A stretch of DNA of 64,000 bases from Candidatus Krumholzibacteriia bacterium (lineage in GTDB: Bacteria; Krumholzibacteriota; Krumholzibacteriia; Krumholzibacteriales; Krumholzibacteriaceae), in contig CAWIIQ010000001.1 of NCBI GenBank assembly GCA_963836185.1, forward strand, positions 1,952,001 to 2,016,000, given 5' to 3'. The notes beneath the pieces were generated by a model, which saw only the letters and a list, made by a program, of their open reading frames with translations, ran no database searches and was not told the DNA's origin. Shown piece after piece: positions 1-11,610 of this stretch (position 1 is the first letter of the stretch; each line of letters opens with the position of its first letter). A program made the position numbers and the translations under genes.

Positions 1-2991
1 CTTTCCCGCTCGATTCCCGTCCTCATCGCCGCCGCGGCGGTCTTTCTCGTTCCGCAGCGGGTATCGGGCCAGGACGAATATGTACAGTCAAAGCCTTACC
101 AGCTCAAATACAGGGCCTACGAGACAGAGGACCTCAGGATCTTCTACTTTTATCGCGAGCAGGAGTATGTCATAGAGCACGTGGCTCGCTGCTTCGAGAA
201 CGCGTTCCGGTATCACCAGAAGTTCTTCGATTACACGCCGAGTGGCGAGGTCACGGTCTATTTCAATGACGACGATGACTACGGATACGCCGGCACCACT
301 GTCATCCCGAACAACTGGATCACCCTCGGCATCGAGCCGTTCGAGTATGTATACGACACATGCCCGACTAACGAGCGGATGAACTGGGTGATGAACCACG
401 AGCTCGTCCACGTCACCGCCTCCGACCAGGCTACCGGGTGGGACTCGAGGTTCAGGAAGCTCTTCTTCGGAAAGGTCCACCCTGTCGCGGAGGATCCCGT
501 CTCTATATTCTACGCATACCTCACTACGCCCCGACTCTACTCTCCGCGCTGGTACCATGAGGGTATCGCAGTATTCATGGAGACATGGATGGCAGGCGGT
601 ATCGGACGATCGCTGACTGGTTACGACGAGATGACCTTCAGGGCGATGGTCCGCGACAGCATGCAGTTCCATACCGTCGTCGGACTCGAATCGGAAGGGA
701 CGGCGAAGGATTTCCAGATCGGCCAGGTGTCGTATCTCTACGGCACGAGGTTCTTCAGTTATCTCTCACTTATGCACGGTCCGGAATCCGTCATCGAATG
801 GGTGCGCCGCAACGAGGGAAGCGGCGCCTATTTTTCGACACAGTTCCGGAATGTCTACGGCGCCTCGATCTACGAGAAATGGGACGAATGGATAGAATTC
901 GAGAAGGAGTGGCAGACGACCAACCTCGACGATTCTATCCGGCAGTATCCCGTCACTCCTTCCAGGCAACTCTGTGAGCGGCCTCTCGGCTCGGTATCGA
1001 GGGAGTTCTTCGATCCCGGAGAAACGAAAACTGTACACAGCGGTAAACTATCCCGGCGAGTTCTCCCACATCGCCGAGATAGATATCGATTCGGGAAAGA
1101 TGCGCAAGATCTGCGAGATAGAGACCCCGGCCCTCTACTACGTCACCGGACTCGCCCACGACCCGGAGAGCGGCACTCTCTTCTTCACCACCGATAACAG
1201 CAGGGGCTTCCGCGACGTTAACTCGGTCGATATAGAGACAGGGAAGACGAAGTCGCTCTGCAAGGATATCCGAACCGGCGACCTCGTCTACTGCCGGGCC
1301 GATTCGACGCTCTGGGGCATCATGCACAATGAGGGATTCTCCAGCATCGTGATGTTCGTTCCTCCCATACAATGACGGATACGAGCTCATCAAGCTCAGG
1401 TACGGGATCGACCTGTTCGATATCGATATCTCGCCGGACGGCAAGTATCTGACCGGCACGATGACAGACATAAGCGGCCGGCAGAGGCTCATCAGGATGG
1501 AGACGGAAAGACTGATGTTCGGGGACGGTACCTGGGAGCTGATCCACGAGTTCGCGGACAATAACGCGGCCAATTTCGTTCACTCGCCCGACGGGCGGTA
1601 CCTTTACGGGACATCGTACGTGACCGGCGTATCGAATATATTCAGGTTCGATCTCGAGCAGTGGAAGCTCGAGGCGATGAGCAACTTCGAGATCGGGGGC
1701 TTCCGCCCCCTTCCCGTATCGGACGATTCGCTGATAACATTCACTTACACCGGGAGAAGGCTTCGAGCCTGTGATGATACCGGTAAAACCGATCGAGGAC
1801 GTTGCAGTCGATAAGGTATCTCGGCCAGGCGGTCATACTGGAGCACCCCGTCCTCGACGGACTGGAAGCTCTCGTCGCCGAAGCAGATCGAGATCGACTC
1901 AATGATGACATACGAGGGCGAGTACAGCCCGACAAAGAACCTGCGGGTGACCTCCCTCTACCCGATCGTCGAGGGGTACAAGGAATACGGTACGATCGGG
2001 CTGCGGTTCAACATGATGGACCCGGTCGGGATAAACGCTCTCGACATGGCCGCCTCATACACACCGAACACGAACCTGCCGGAGAACGAACGGGCCCACT
2101 TCAGGTTCAAGTTCTCGAGGGGCACGATGGGGGGCGACAGGGTATTACAACCGCGCCGACTTCTACGACCTCTTCGGCCCGACGAAGGTGAGCAGGAAGG
2201 GACATTCGCTCGCCCTCGATTACGACTACGGATTCGTCGTCGACAGGCCGAAGAGGCTCGGCCTGAACGTCCGCGCCGCCGCCTACGGCAACCTCGAGTA
2301 TCTCCCCCACTACCAGAACGTGCAGGCGACGATAAAGGATTTCTACACTCTCGAGGGGTCCCTCCACTTCAGGCACACAAGGGGAACGATCGGCGGGATA
2401 CAGGCGGAGAAGGGGATGCTCTTCTCCCTGAACAGTTATAACTCCCTGGTCAACGGCGACCTCTACCCCCTCTTCTACGGGCACCCTGGATTACGGTGTC
2501 CTGCTTCCATGGGACCATTCGTCGATATGGCTCAGGACATCGGGCGGCTTCTCCTTTGGAGACAGGGATGAATCGAACTCGTACTTCTTCTTCGGGGGAT
2601 TCGGGAACAACTGGGTCGACCACAAGAGGGTCAACAGGTACAGGGAGTTTTACGCCTTCCCCGGCGTCGAGCTCAACGAGATCGGCGGCACGAACTTCCT
2701 CAAGGGGATGGTCGAATGGACGCTGCCGCCCCTGAGGTTCTCCTCCTTCGGAAAGCCGTCGCTCTATGCCAACTGGGCGAGCCTCGCCTTCTTCGGATCG
2801 GTCATCGCGACCAATGTCGATGCCGGACTACGAAGGGGTCGAGGTGGCAAATGCGGGCACACAGCTGAACCTGAAGATCGTATTCTTCTCGTCGCTGCAG
2901 ACGACCTTCTCGGCCGGTTACGCTTTCGCTTTCGAGGAGGGCCGTAGCGCCGAGAGAAGAGTTGATGCTGTCCTTGAAGATATTGAGATAA
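1..2991 (+). CDS. Large exported protein: gluzincin-type metallopeptidase domain, beta-propeller and C-terminal beta-barrel (Omp85/BamA-like). 5'-truncated and split by several frameshifts
   Basis: Frame 1 is open from base 1 with a hydrophobic signal-like stretch (IPVLIAAAAVFLVP). HELVH and PRWYHEGIA form a HExxH+E zinc motif. TolB/PD40-like repeats (DISPDGKYL, VHSPDGRYLY) follow, then alternating beta strands to TAA at 2989-2991. Fragments 181-1197, 974-1375, 1461-1814, 1902-, 2188-, 2708- and 2766- join by frameshifts. Confidence 0.7.
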
Positions 2992-3010
2992 ACAGAAGGG
3001 GTATTGTGAG

Positions 3011-4111
3011 TTGAACTACCTACTGGCCATCCTCCCCGTCCTCGTCTTCCTCCTCGTCCTCAAGGCGATGGATTCGTTCAAGCTCGTCAGTTTCCGGCAT
3101 GTCGCGGCAAGCCTCGCGGCCGGATTCGCCGCGGCTGTCGCCGCCTTCTTCATCACGAAGCAGCTCATGCCGGCACTCGGTCTCTCCATATACTCCCCGA
3201 TATACTCGAGATATATCGCTCCCGATGCTCGAGGAGGCGCTTAAAGGGGCCTGGATCATCTGGCTGCTCTGACGAGGCGCAGGACAGGATTCATGGTCGA
3301 CACGGCGATACACGGCTTCGCGATAGGTGCCGGGTTCGCAATCGTCGAGAACGTATACTATCTCAATAATATGACAGGGTACGGTATAGCCTTCGGCATA
3401 GTCCGCGGATTCGGACCGGCCCTGATGCACGGCACCTCGACAGCGATCTTCGGGGTCCTCGCGAAGACAGCCTCCGAGCTGCGCGGCTCGGTATCCACCG
3501 CGACGGTGCTTCCCCGCCTTCCTGATAGCCGTTCTGATACATTCGCTGTTCAATCACTTCTTCATCTCCCCCCTGGTCTCGGCCCTGGCCCTGCTCATCG
3601 GCGTCCCGCTGGTGATGACGCTTGTCTTCCAGCCAGAGCGAACGCTCACTGCGCAAGTGGCTCGGGATAGGCTTCGATTCCGACCAGCAGATGCTGGAGA
3701 TGATAACCTCCGGGCGATATCGCGAGCACACCGGTCGGCGAATACCTCATCTCGCTCAAGCGCACCTTCACCGGGGAGACGGTCGCCGACATGCTCTGCT
3801 GCCTCAGGCTGCATCTCGAGCTCTCTATCAGGGCCAAGGGTATCCTGCTGATGAGGGAGAACGGATTCGAGCCTCCTCCCGATCCGGATGTCGAGGAGAT
3901 GTTCAGGGAACTGAAATACCTCGAGGGCCGCATAGGGGTGACGGGCAAACTCGCGCTGCACCCGCTGCTGCGCTGGAGCAGCCGCGATCTCTGGCAGCTT
4001 CACATGCTGTCGGGATTCATGCCGGGGAAGCGACCTCTGATCCCCGAAAAGAGAAGGGCGACCGACTGGCGGCCGCCCTTTGATTCCAAATACTGGCTTA
4101 GCAGGCTCTAG
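3011..4111 (+). CDS. prsW: PrsW-family glutamic intramembrane protease with C-terminal extension (frameshifted; true 3' end uncertain, ~4040-4111)
   Basis: Motifs LEEALKG, GFAIGAGFAIVEN and R-x7-H (VRGFGPALMH) are spread over fragments 3011-3244, 3293-3670, 3622- and 3791-4111. Confidence 0.75.
4047..4081 (-). terminator. Intrinsic terminator downstream of the histone gene (possibly bidirectional)
   Basis: Minus strand reads AAGGGCGGCCG-CCAGT-CGGTCGCCCTT followed by CTCTTTT. Confidence 0.75.
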
Positions 4112-4285
4112 AAATCGAACGGGTAGATGGTCTTGCGCTTGTTGCCCTTCGCCCTCTCGGCGGCGGCCTTTGACCATCTCGGCGATCTGAGCGTTAAGAG
4201 CCTCAGCCGCGTCTCCACTCATCCTGAGACCATGCTTCTTGGCCAGATCCTTGATCCTCGAGGCGTAAACGAAAGTCTCTGCCAT
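4108..4285 (-). CDS. Bacterial histone-fold protein (Bd0055/HBb-like), 58 aa, with one extra base at 4169-4171
   Basis: Removing one A from GTC AAA G gives MAETFVYASRIKDLAKKHGLRMSGDAAEALNAQIAEMVKAAAERAKGNKRKTIYPFDF* (stop at 4108-4110). It carries the RKTIxxxD histone L2-loop motif, a strong RBS (AGAAGGAGGG) and its own terminator. Confidence 0.85.
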
Positions 4286-4386
4286 CTTATCCCTCCTTCT
4301 TTCTGTCGTTTGACAGGCTTAGAGACGAGTTGCTTACCTTTTTACCTGAACGGTAGCCTAAACTGCTTCCATTTGCCTTGTCAACG

Positions 4387-5085
4387 TCAATTGTCACTTT
4401 TTTTAAGGATTATTCTAGCATCGGCGATGACGCATCTTTCCTCCGTACAAAGCACCGGATTGAGATCTATCGATTCAATCTCGTCTGTCATCTCGACGAG
4501 CAGGCTCGAAAAACCGACGACCAGTTCTTTCAGCCTGGCGATATTGACACCGGCCGCTCCGCGGAAGCCGCGCAAGTACGCTCCCCGCCTTTAACTCGTC
4601 TATCATCGACTCGACGATTATCTTCAGTGACAGGCGCCATCCTTATCGCTGTATCCTTGTAGATCTCTACGCCGACACCGCCCATACCGGCCAGCACCAC
4701 AGCTCCGAACTGCTCATCGATCTTTCCGCCGACGATGACCTCTATCCCGGAGAGCATCTCCTCGACGAGGATCCCCTCGAATCCTTCGATCCCGCTGAAC
4801 CGGCCGGCGACCTCCCGCATCGCTTCGGGACCGTCTATACCGACGGCTACGCCCCCGGCAGTCGGACTTGTGGATGACATCGGGCGAAACGATCTTCGCC
4901 ACGACGGGCCAGCCGATCCGTCCGCCCGCCTCGACCGCCTCCTCTTCAGTCCTTACCCATTCGAACCGGGGTACGTCGAAGCCGGCTTCGGCGAAGAGGC
5001 GCTTCGCCTCCGGCTCGAGGACCCAGCCATGTTTCTTCGATTCGTTGAGTATGGCGGCAGCAGTTTCGCTCAGCATGGCTTGCAC
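4387..5085 (-). CDS. Acetate/acyl-CoA ligase (ADP-forming) beta subunit, ATP-grasp (frameshifted)
   Basis: IGWPVVAKIVSPDVIHKSD(A)GGV, GILVEEM, GMGGVGVEIYKD, LRGFRG and SIDLNPV...IADARI occur across fragments 4714-5085, 4530-4880 and 4387-4575. Confidence 0.85.
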
Positions 5086-6437
5086 CTCTTCATCGCCTCG
5101 ACCATCAGGACCGCTCCTTCGATCGAGTGGGAAACTGGAACATTGTTGAGCTGGAAGCCCTCTATGATCATCCTGTATTTCTCTACGTGCGGCACGTAAG
5201 CCACGATCGGTTTACCCTCCTCCTGGTATACCTGGCTGAGCCTCGCCCCCACATCGGAGGTGACCTCGGGGATATATGGCAGGAGAAGCATGATAACGCA
5301 GTCGATGTCGTCAAGCCTGCTCAGCTCACCGGCCGCTATCACAAAATCGTCATCCCGGGCGCTGCCGGTGAGATCTATCGGATTGCCAAGCGAGGCGATA
5401 GGCTGGACGCTCTCTGAGAGACGTCCGCGTATCCTGCTCTGCACCTCTTCGGAGAACTCCGGAACGATGAGGCCCGAAGCCTCGCAGGTATCGACGGCGA
5501 CGGCGCCGTGTCCCCCGCTCGCCGTCACTATCCCGACTCTGCCCTCGATCCCCCTCGGGTAGCAGCTCAGCGATTCACAGAAGGAGACCATCTCGTACTC
5601 GTCCTTCGCCTCGACGATCCCGAACTGGCTCATCACGGAGGAAAATACGTGTAGTCACCCGCGATCGAGGCGGTATGGCTCGATACCGCCCGGCTGCCGG
5701 CCTGGCTCTTGCCGGCCTTCATGATTATGACCGGTTTCGGGCTTCTGCTCGCAGCCAGGACGAACTCCCGTCCCTCACCGGGGCCGAATCCTTCGACATA
5801 GAAAGCGATGACATCCGTCTTCTCGTCCCTCGCGAAGTACTTGAGCAGTTCGAGTTCTCCAACAGCCGCCTTGTTCCCGATACTGACCGCCCTGGAGAGC
5901 CCTATCCCCTGTCCCGCGAATTTCACCATCTGGTCGACGAGTATCCCGCCGCTCTGGCTGACGATGGCTACGTTACCCGCCTCGGGCCTTACCATCCTCT
6001 CGCTCGGCAGGAAAGAGAGAATCGACCAGCCCGGAAGAATATATCCCGAGACAGTTGGGGCCTATTATGGGGAAATCGGCCTCCGCGGCGATCTCTTCGA
6101 ACTGCTGCCGCAGGTCGAGCCTGCCCGTCTCGGCGAATCCTCCCGATATCACGGCTGCCCCGCCGACCCATGCGTCGATGCATTCCCTCAGAACGCCCGG
6201 TACATGCTCGGCCCTCACAGCGATGATAGCCAGGTCGATCTTCTCCGGGATCTCGGAGATCGAGGTGTATATCTTTTCCTTGTGGTACATCCCGCCCTTC
6301 GGATTCACTCCGAAGACCTTCACCGGGTAGCGGAAGAAGTTTTTATTATAGATGATATTGGCGGGGTGTCGCTCATTGCTCAGCGACAGTCCGACAACAG
6401 CCATCGTCTTCGGCTCGAACAGGGTCCTGAAATCCAA
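5070..6437 (-). CDS. Acetate/acyl-CoA ligase (ADP-forming) alpha subunit, CoA-binding (frameshifted)
   Basis: LFEPKTMAVVG, ISGGFAE, IIGPNCLG, VSQSGG, active-site SHTASIAG and NPIDLTG occur across fragments 5973-6437, 5633-5995 and 5070-5636. Confidence 0.88.
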
Positions 6438-6499
6438 GAGTCCTCCTTGTGCGTGCGCTTTACTTCAGGTGTCCAATGTGCAACAGCGAAGCCTCAGTG

Positions 6500-7825
6500 T
6501 CAAGTGCCGAGCGTCTCTTCGCCGCCCTCTGCTTCAAGGATCTCCCGCCTCGCCTTCTCCTCATCGACGAACCAGAGCAGGACCGCGCCCCCGATGAAGA
6601 GGATCGAGACCGATGTGATGCCCAGCCTTGTCGCCGTCTCAGCCCGGGCGCCGAGCGATCTCAGCGCAAGGCCGGTCGCTCCGATCAGTACCGGCCCCAT
6701 GACAGCAGCGAACTTCCCGATCATATTGTAGAATCCGAAATATCTCGCCGACTTCTCCTCGGGTACGATCCCGGCGAAGAGCGATCTGCTCAGGGCCTGT
6801 ATACCTCCCTGCACGAGGCCGACCGATACGGCGAGGACATAGAACTCCTCGCGGCTGTCCATCAGCGCCGCCCATACAGTGACGAAAAGATAGACGCCTA
6901 TCGCTATGAAGATCGCGCGACGGGCTCCGATCCTGGCCCCGATCCGTCCGAAGGCGATCGCCGATGGAAACCCCACAAACTGCGTCACGAGCAGGGCCAG
7001 TATCAGGTCGTCACGCTCGAGGCCGATCGACATACCGTAATCGACGGCCATCCTGACGATCGTGTCGACGCCGTCTATGTAGAGCCAGTAGGCGATCAGA
7101 AACAGTAACAGTGTTTTCATCCTCTTGAGCATCTTGAACGTCCCGAACAGATCAGATAATCCTTCCTCTATCGATCTTCTGATTCCGGCTGTCACTACGG
7201 ACCGCTTTTCCCTGACAAAGAGTATCAGGGGAATCGTAAAAACGGCCCACCAGGCTCCCACCGTGAGGAATGAATACCGCACCGCTTCCTCAGCCCCGGC
7301 GAGCCCGAAGGATGCGGGCCTGAGCGTCATCGCCACATTAAGGGCAAACAGAAGCCCGCCGCCGAGATATCCGAGGCCGTAACCCAGCGCCGATACTCTC
7401 TCCCTCTGCTTCGGCCCGGCGACCGATACAAGAAGCGCATCGCTGAAGACGATGCTTCCGCTGAATCCGATAGAGGCGAGGACGAATACGAGGATCGCCG
7501 CCTTCCAGTCACCGCGCGAGACCATCCAGAGTGACGCCGTCATCAGCGCGCCGAGAAAAGCGAAGAAGACGAGGAACCTTTTCCTTGCCGATCCGCGGTC
7601 GGCTATGGCGCCGAGCACGGGAGCGAGCAGGGCCACGGTGATACCGGCGAGCGAGTTGGCGAGGCCGAGGCGCGCGGTCGAGACTGTCGTATCAGCGCCC
7701 GCGCTCCAGTACTCGTTGAAGAAGACGGGAAAGAATCCGGCCATCACCGTCGTGGCGAAGGCGGAGTTCGCCCAGTCGTACATCGCCCAGGAGAATATCG
7801 CTTTTTTTCCGGAATCGCCTGTCAT
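6500..7825 (-). CDS. MFS transporter, UMF1/ATG22-like family
   Basis: SWAMYDWANSAF, LAPVLGAIAD and QALSRSLFA..PEEKSARYFGFY motifs; about 12 TM segments. Likely start is ATG 7825. Confidence 0.88.
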   Translation of the reverse strand: MTGDSGKKAIFSWAMYDWANSAFATTVMAGFFPVFFNEYWSAGADTTVSTARLGLANSLAGITVALLAPVLGAIADRGSARKRFLVFFAFLGALMTASLWMVSRGDWKAAILVFVLASIGFSGSIVFSDALLVSVAGPKQRERVSALGYGLGYLGGGLLFALNVAMTLRPASFGLAGAEEAVRYSFLTVGAWWAVFTIPLILFVREKRSVVTAGIRRSIEEGLSDLFGTFKMLKRMKTLLLFLIAYWLYIDGVDTIVRMAVDYGMSIGLERDDLILALLVTQFVGFPSAIAFGRIGARIGARRAIFIAIGVYLFVTVWAALMDSREEFYVLAVSVGLVQGGIQALSRSLFAGIVPEEKSARYFGFYNMIGKFAAVMGPVLIGATGLALRSLGARAETATRLGITSVSILFIGGAVLLWFVDEEKARREILEAEGGEETLGT

Positions 7826-7872
7826 TTCATCGATTATATACCACCCGGTCAGTATGGAAACAGAAATCTTCC

Positions 7873-7936
7873 TTGACAACCAATTTACTTCGGAACATAT
7901 TATGTACGATATACGTACAATACTATGTATATCGTA
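7873..7936 (+). promoter_or_regulatory. Sigma70 promoter and candidate TetR operator
   Basis: TTGACA (7873-7878), 17-bp spacer, CATATT. Directly after it is a perfect inverted repeat TACGATATAC-N12-GTATATCGTA (7905-7936), just upstream of the TetR ATG at 7954. Confidence 0.65.
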
Positions 7937-7953
7937 AACTCAAGGGCAGTGCA

Positions 7954-8563
7954 ATGAAGAAGAGCCTGAATGAAAAAAACTCCGTAAAGAGGGATCAGAT
8001 CAGTCTGGACGGGCGACCGCCTCTTCGCTATGTACGGCATCAGGAAGGTCTCCGTCGAGGAGATATGCCGCGAAGCCGGCGTCAGCAAGGTGACCTTCTA
8101 CAAATACTTCCCGAATAAGCTCGAGTTGTTCAAGCATATATGGACCGGATGGAGCGATTCGATATATGAGCGCCTGGTCGAGATGAAAAAAGAAGGTGCC
8201 TCGTTTATGGAGCGGATGCAGGCGATCGTCGAGTTCAAGATGGAACTGCTCTCCAGGATGAATCCGCAGATCGTCGAGGACATCCTGCATTCCGGGCCGG
8301 AACTCGAAGAGTTCATCCATGAGCTGAGAACCCGAAGCATGAAGCGTTTTCTCGATTTTGTCGCCGATGCCAGGAAAAATGGCGAGATGCGCGATGTCAG
8401 GCCGGAGTTCCTTCTGGCGGTTCTCGACAGCCTCGGAAAACTGGTCGAGAACGATGCTCTGCGTAGACTGTACCCTACCGACATGGAGTTCTTCAGAGAA
8501 GTGAACGATTTCTTCTTCTTCGGTATTATGCCTGCAGGCGGGAAGGGGCACGAAATAAAGTGA
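7954..8563 (+). CDS. TetR/AcrR-family transcriptional regulator (extra A at 8002)
   Basis: HTH signature LFAMYGIRKVSVEEICREAGVSKVTFYKYFPNKLEL. The N-terminus MKKSLNEK...RDQI joins after removing one base. Confidence 0.88.
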
Positions 8564-9687
8564 GACTCTCGATCGCATCGGTAATGGTAGCGGCTACCAT
8601 TACGCTACACACTCCCTCCCCCGCCGCCGCAGAGGTCCTTGATTACAGGTTCTCCGGCGAAGCATCGGGATGGGCGCTCGGTGCGCTGGCCGAGAGTGAG
8701 GACACGTGGAGCGCCGGCGTGAGATACATCCCCGCATTCTCGGTCAATACAGAGAGCAGCGGCGGAAACATACTCGACCTCTATATCTATCTCAATGCTT
8801 TCGCCGCCTCCTCCAGCATCGACGACTACGACGATTACAAGCTCGATCTCTACAGGCTTGTCCTGAGGTATGCGACAAACAGGACCGAGACGAGGATCGG
8901 GCTTCAGAAGATAGTATTCGGGCCCGCGATCATACTCAGGTCGCTGATGTGGTTCGACAGCATCGATCCGCGCGATCCCCAGCAGCTGACCGAAGGTGTC
9001 TACGCCCTCAGGTTCAGTTACGACGCGCTCGACAACTCGAGCCTCTGGCTCTGGGGCATCTATCCCGACGGAGAGAGAAAGGGGCTCGAGATAGTGCCGA
9101 GCGAGAAAGGCTACCCCGAGTTTGGAGGCCGTTATCTGCACCCCGTTCCGCGCGGGGAAATGGCGCTGACCTTCAACTCGAGGCAGGCGGAGATCCCCGG
9201 CACCGGCCTCGAATTCAGTGAGAACCGCTTAGCCATCGACGGCAAGTGGGATGTAGAGATCGGGATCTGGTTCGAGGCGGTAATGCAGCACCAGGACGAG
9301 GAGTTCATCCCGCTGCAGTGGCGCAAGATGCTCACGATTGGAACAGACTACACCTTCGGATTAGGCAACGGCCTCTACGTCGTTCTCGAGCATATGGGAA
9401 TATTCATGTCGGCTGACGCATGGGGCAGCGATGAGGATTACCAGACTTCGGCCTGGATGGTGAACTACCCGATCGGTTTTATCGACAATCTCTCAGCGAT
9501 AGGATATTACTCCTGGGAAGCGGAAAAATATTACCAGTACATCGCGTGGCAGCGGACATGGGACAACTGGATGCTGCACATTAGCGCATTCCACTATCCG
9601 GAGACAGATGTCTCGTTCAGCCCGTACGGCGAGGGGCCTCCCCTTGCGGGAACCGGCGGACAGCTATTAATAGTGTTCAATCATTAG
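8560..9687 (+). CDS. Putative outer-membrane beta-barrel protein of the Lol-like cassette
   Basis: Signal peptide, RIGLQKIVFGP and DPRDPQQLTEGVYALRF motifs, aromatic alternating strands, ends LIVFNH. Overlaps the TetR stop codon. Confidence 0.6.
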   Translation: MRLSIASVMVAATITLHTPSPAAAEVLDYRFSGEASGWALGALAESEDTWSAGVRYIPAFSVNTESSGGNILDLYIYLNAFAASSSIDDYDDYKLDLYRLVLRYATNRTETRIGLQKIVFGPAIILRSLMWFDSIDPRDPQQLTEGVYALRFSYDALDNSSLWLWGIYPDGERKGLEIVPSEKGYPEFGGRYLHPVPRGEMALTFNSRQAEIPGTGLEFSENRLAIDGKWDVEIGIWFEAVMQHQDEEFIPLQWRKMLTIGTDYTFGLGNGLYVVLEHMGIFMSADAWGSDEDYQTSAWMVNYPIGFIDNLSAIGYYSWEAEKYYQYIAWQRTWDNWMLHISAFHYPETDVSFSPYGEGPPLAGTGGQLLIVFNH

Positions 9688-9712
9688 ACGAATATCCAAA
9701 GGAAGGTGTTCG

Positions 9713-10435
9713 ATGAAGAACGGAAAACTGATAGAGACGATCGATCTCGTCAAGCAGTTCCCCGTCGGCGGCCGAAAGTTCACCGCGCTCAAGGATATCA
9801 ACCTCGAGGTAGAGCGAGGCGAATTTCTCGGTCTGGTCGGACCGAGCGGCTCGGGGAAGACGACCCTGCTTAACATCATCGGCGCACTCGACAAGCCTAC
9901 GAGCGGCAAGGCTGTCGTGATAGGGTTGGATACTTCGAGACTCAGCAGCAAGGAATCTGCGTTGCTGAGGAGCGAGCATCTCGGATTTATATTCCAGACG
10001 TACAACCTCCTCCCCGTCTACACCGTCTACGAGAACGTCGAGTTCCCACTCCTCCTTCTCAGCATGGAAGAGAAGAAACGGCGTGAGCTGGTAATGTCAG
10101 CTCTCGAGTGGGTCGGGCTCGGTGACAGGGTCAGGTCGAAACCTGCCACCCTCTCGGGAGGCGAGAGCCAGAGAGTGGCGATCGCGAGGGCGATGGTAAA
10201 ACGTCCGAAGCTGGTCCTTGCCGACGAACCGACGGCGAACCTTGACGCGGAGAACTCGTTCAACGTCCTCGATACGATGGTAAATCTCAACGAAGAACTC
10301 GAGACGACATTCGTGTTCGCGACGCACGACGATAAAGTGATCCGCTACCTGCGCCGCAGAATCACACTCAACGACGGTAAGATAGTCGAGGATATCACGA
10401 TGGAACCCTCACGCTCCGGACAGGGAGGTGCGTGA
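9713..10435 (+). CDS. ABC transporter ATP-binding protein (LolD/MacB-like)
   Basis: Walker A GPSGSGKT, signature LSGGESQRVAIARA, LADEPTANLD and ATHD. Confidence 0.93.
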   Translation: MKNGKLIETIDLVKQFPVGGRKFTALKDINLEVERGEFLGLVGPSGSGKTTLLNIIGALDKPTSGKAVVIGLDTSRLSSKESALLRSEHLGFIFQTYNLLPVYTVYENVEFPLLLLSMEEKKRRELVMSALEWVGLGDRVRSKPATLSGGESQRVAIARAMVKRPKLVLADEPTANLDAENSFNVLDTMVNLNEELETTFVFATHDDKVIRYLRRRITLNDGKIVEDITMEPSRSGQGGA

Positions 10436-11610
10436 TGCTCGTCTTCAAACTCGCGATGAGAAACATACTGGGGGCGGGATTGAGGACATGGCTCAACGTC
10501 ATCGTTCTCTCCCTCGCTTTTGTCTTCATTGTCTGGACACAGGGATTCATACAGGGGATGCAGGAGTACTCGCAGAGAGCGCTCATAGAAGCGGAAGTAG
10601 GAGGTGGCCAGTTCTGGCGGCCCGAGTACGACCAGTATGACCCCCTGACGCTCGAGGACAGTCACGCCCCTCTCTCCCCCTCCCTCGAGAAACTCGTGGA
10701 GAAGAGTGACGCGATGGCTGTGCTGATAACTATGGGCACGATATATCCCGAAGGAAGGGCGATGCCGGCACTGCTCAAGGGAATAGATCCGCGGCAGAAG
10801 ACCGTCAACGTCCCGGCGGGTGTCCTCGGCATGGAGAGCGACGGGGAGATCCCCGGGCTGATCGGTACGCGGATGGCAAAGGCGACGGGGCTTCGCAAGG
10901 GCGACTTCGTCACTGTCCGCTGGCGCGACATCGGGGGCACTTTCGACGCAGCTGATATAAGGATCGTGGAGGTGATGGCAGCGGAGATGCCTACCGTCGA
11001 CCAGGGACAGATATGGATACCTCTCGACCGGCTCAGGACTATGATGAACGCTCCCGGCGAGGCCACCATCGTCGTTGTCGACCTGGCAGCGACCATACCG
11101 GAAGCCGGCGGGGGATGGATCTTCAGGGACCAGGAGTTCATGCTCAAGGAGATCGTAGAGATGATCAAATCGAAGATGGTCGGGACCCTATTCATATACA
11201 CGCTCCTGCTGTTTATGGCTCTGATCGCGATCTTCGACACCCAGGTCCTTTCTATATGGAGAAGGCGAAAGGAAATGGGGACGATGATGGCTCTCGGGAT
11301 GGTCAGGACGAAGATCGTCGCTCTCTTTACCCTCGAAGGGGCCCTTCACGGCCTCCTCGCCGTAATCGTCGGGTCGGCGTACGGAATACCCATATTCATC
11401 CTCTCCTACAGGTACGGATTCCCGATGCCCGACGTAGTCGACGACTGGGGATTCGCGATACCGCAGAAACTCTATCCCAGCTACGGCGCGGCCCTCTTTC
11501 TCGGAACTACACTTCTCGTACTCATATCCGTGACTCTGGTGAGCTACATGCCGTCGGCGAAGATCTCTCGGCTCAAGCCGACCGACGCTCTGAGGGGGAA
11601 GATGACATGA
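10432..11610 (+). CDS. FtsX-like ABC permease (LolC/E-like)
   Basis: N-terminal TM, large periplasmic domain, RRKEMGTMMALG, three C-terminal TMs, ISRLKPTDALR. Confidence 0.88.
   Translation: MMLVFKLAMRNILGAGLRTWLNVIVLSLAFVFIVWTQGFIQGMQEYSQRALIEAEVGGGQFWRPEYDQYDPLTLEDSHAPLSPSLEKLVEKSDAMAVLITMGTIYPEGRAMPALLKGIDPRQKTVNVPAGVLGMESDGEIPGLIGTRMAKATGLRKGDFVTVRWRDIGGTFDAADIRIVEVMAAEMPTVDQGQIWIPLDRLRTMMNAPGEATIVVVDLAATIPEAGGGWIFRDQEFMLKEIVEMIKSKMVGTLFIYTLLLFMALIAIFDTQVLSIWRRRKEMGTMMALGMVRTKIVALFTLEGALHGLLAVIVGSAYGIPIFILSYRYGFPMPDVVDDWGFAIPQKLYPSYGAALFLGTTLLVLISVTLVSYMPSAKISRLKPTDALRGKMT

Noticed and set aside
1370-3275. In-frame TGA codons (about 1373 and 3270) as selenocysteine or recoding
   Set aside because: The coding sequence continues in a different frame, so these are indels, not read-through.
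4160-4175. Programmed ribosomal frameshift in the histone gene
   Set aside because: No slippery heptamer, and the region is full of similar +1 insertions; sequencing error is simpler.
3554-4285. 243-aa minus-strand ORF
   Set aside because: Artefact: only the first 39 aa are real (histone); the rest is frameshift read-through antisense to prsW.
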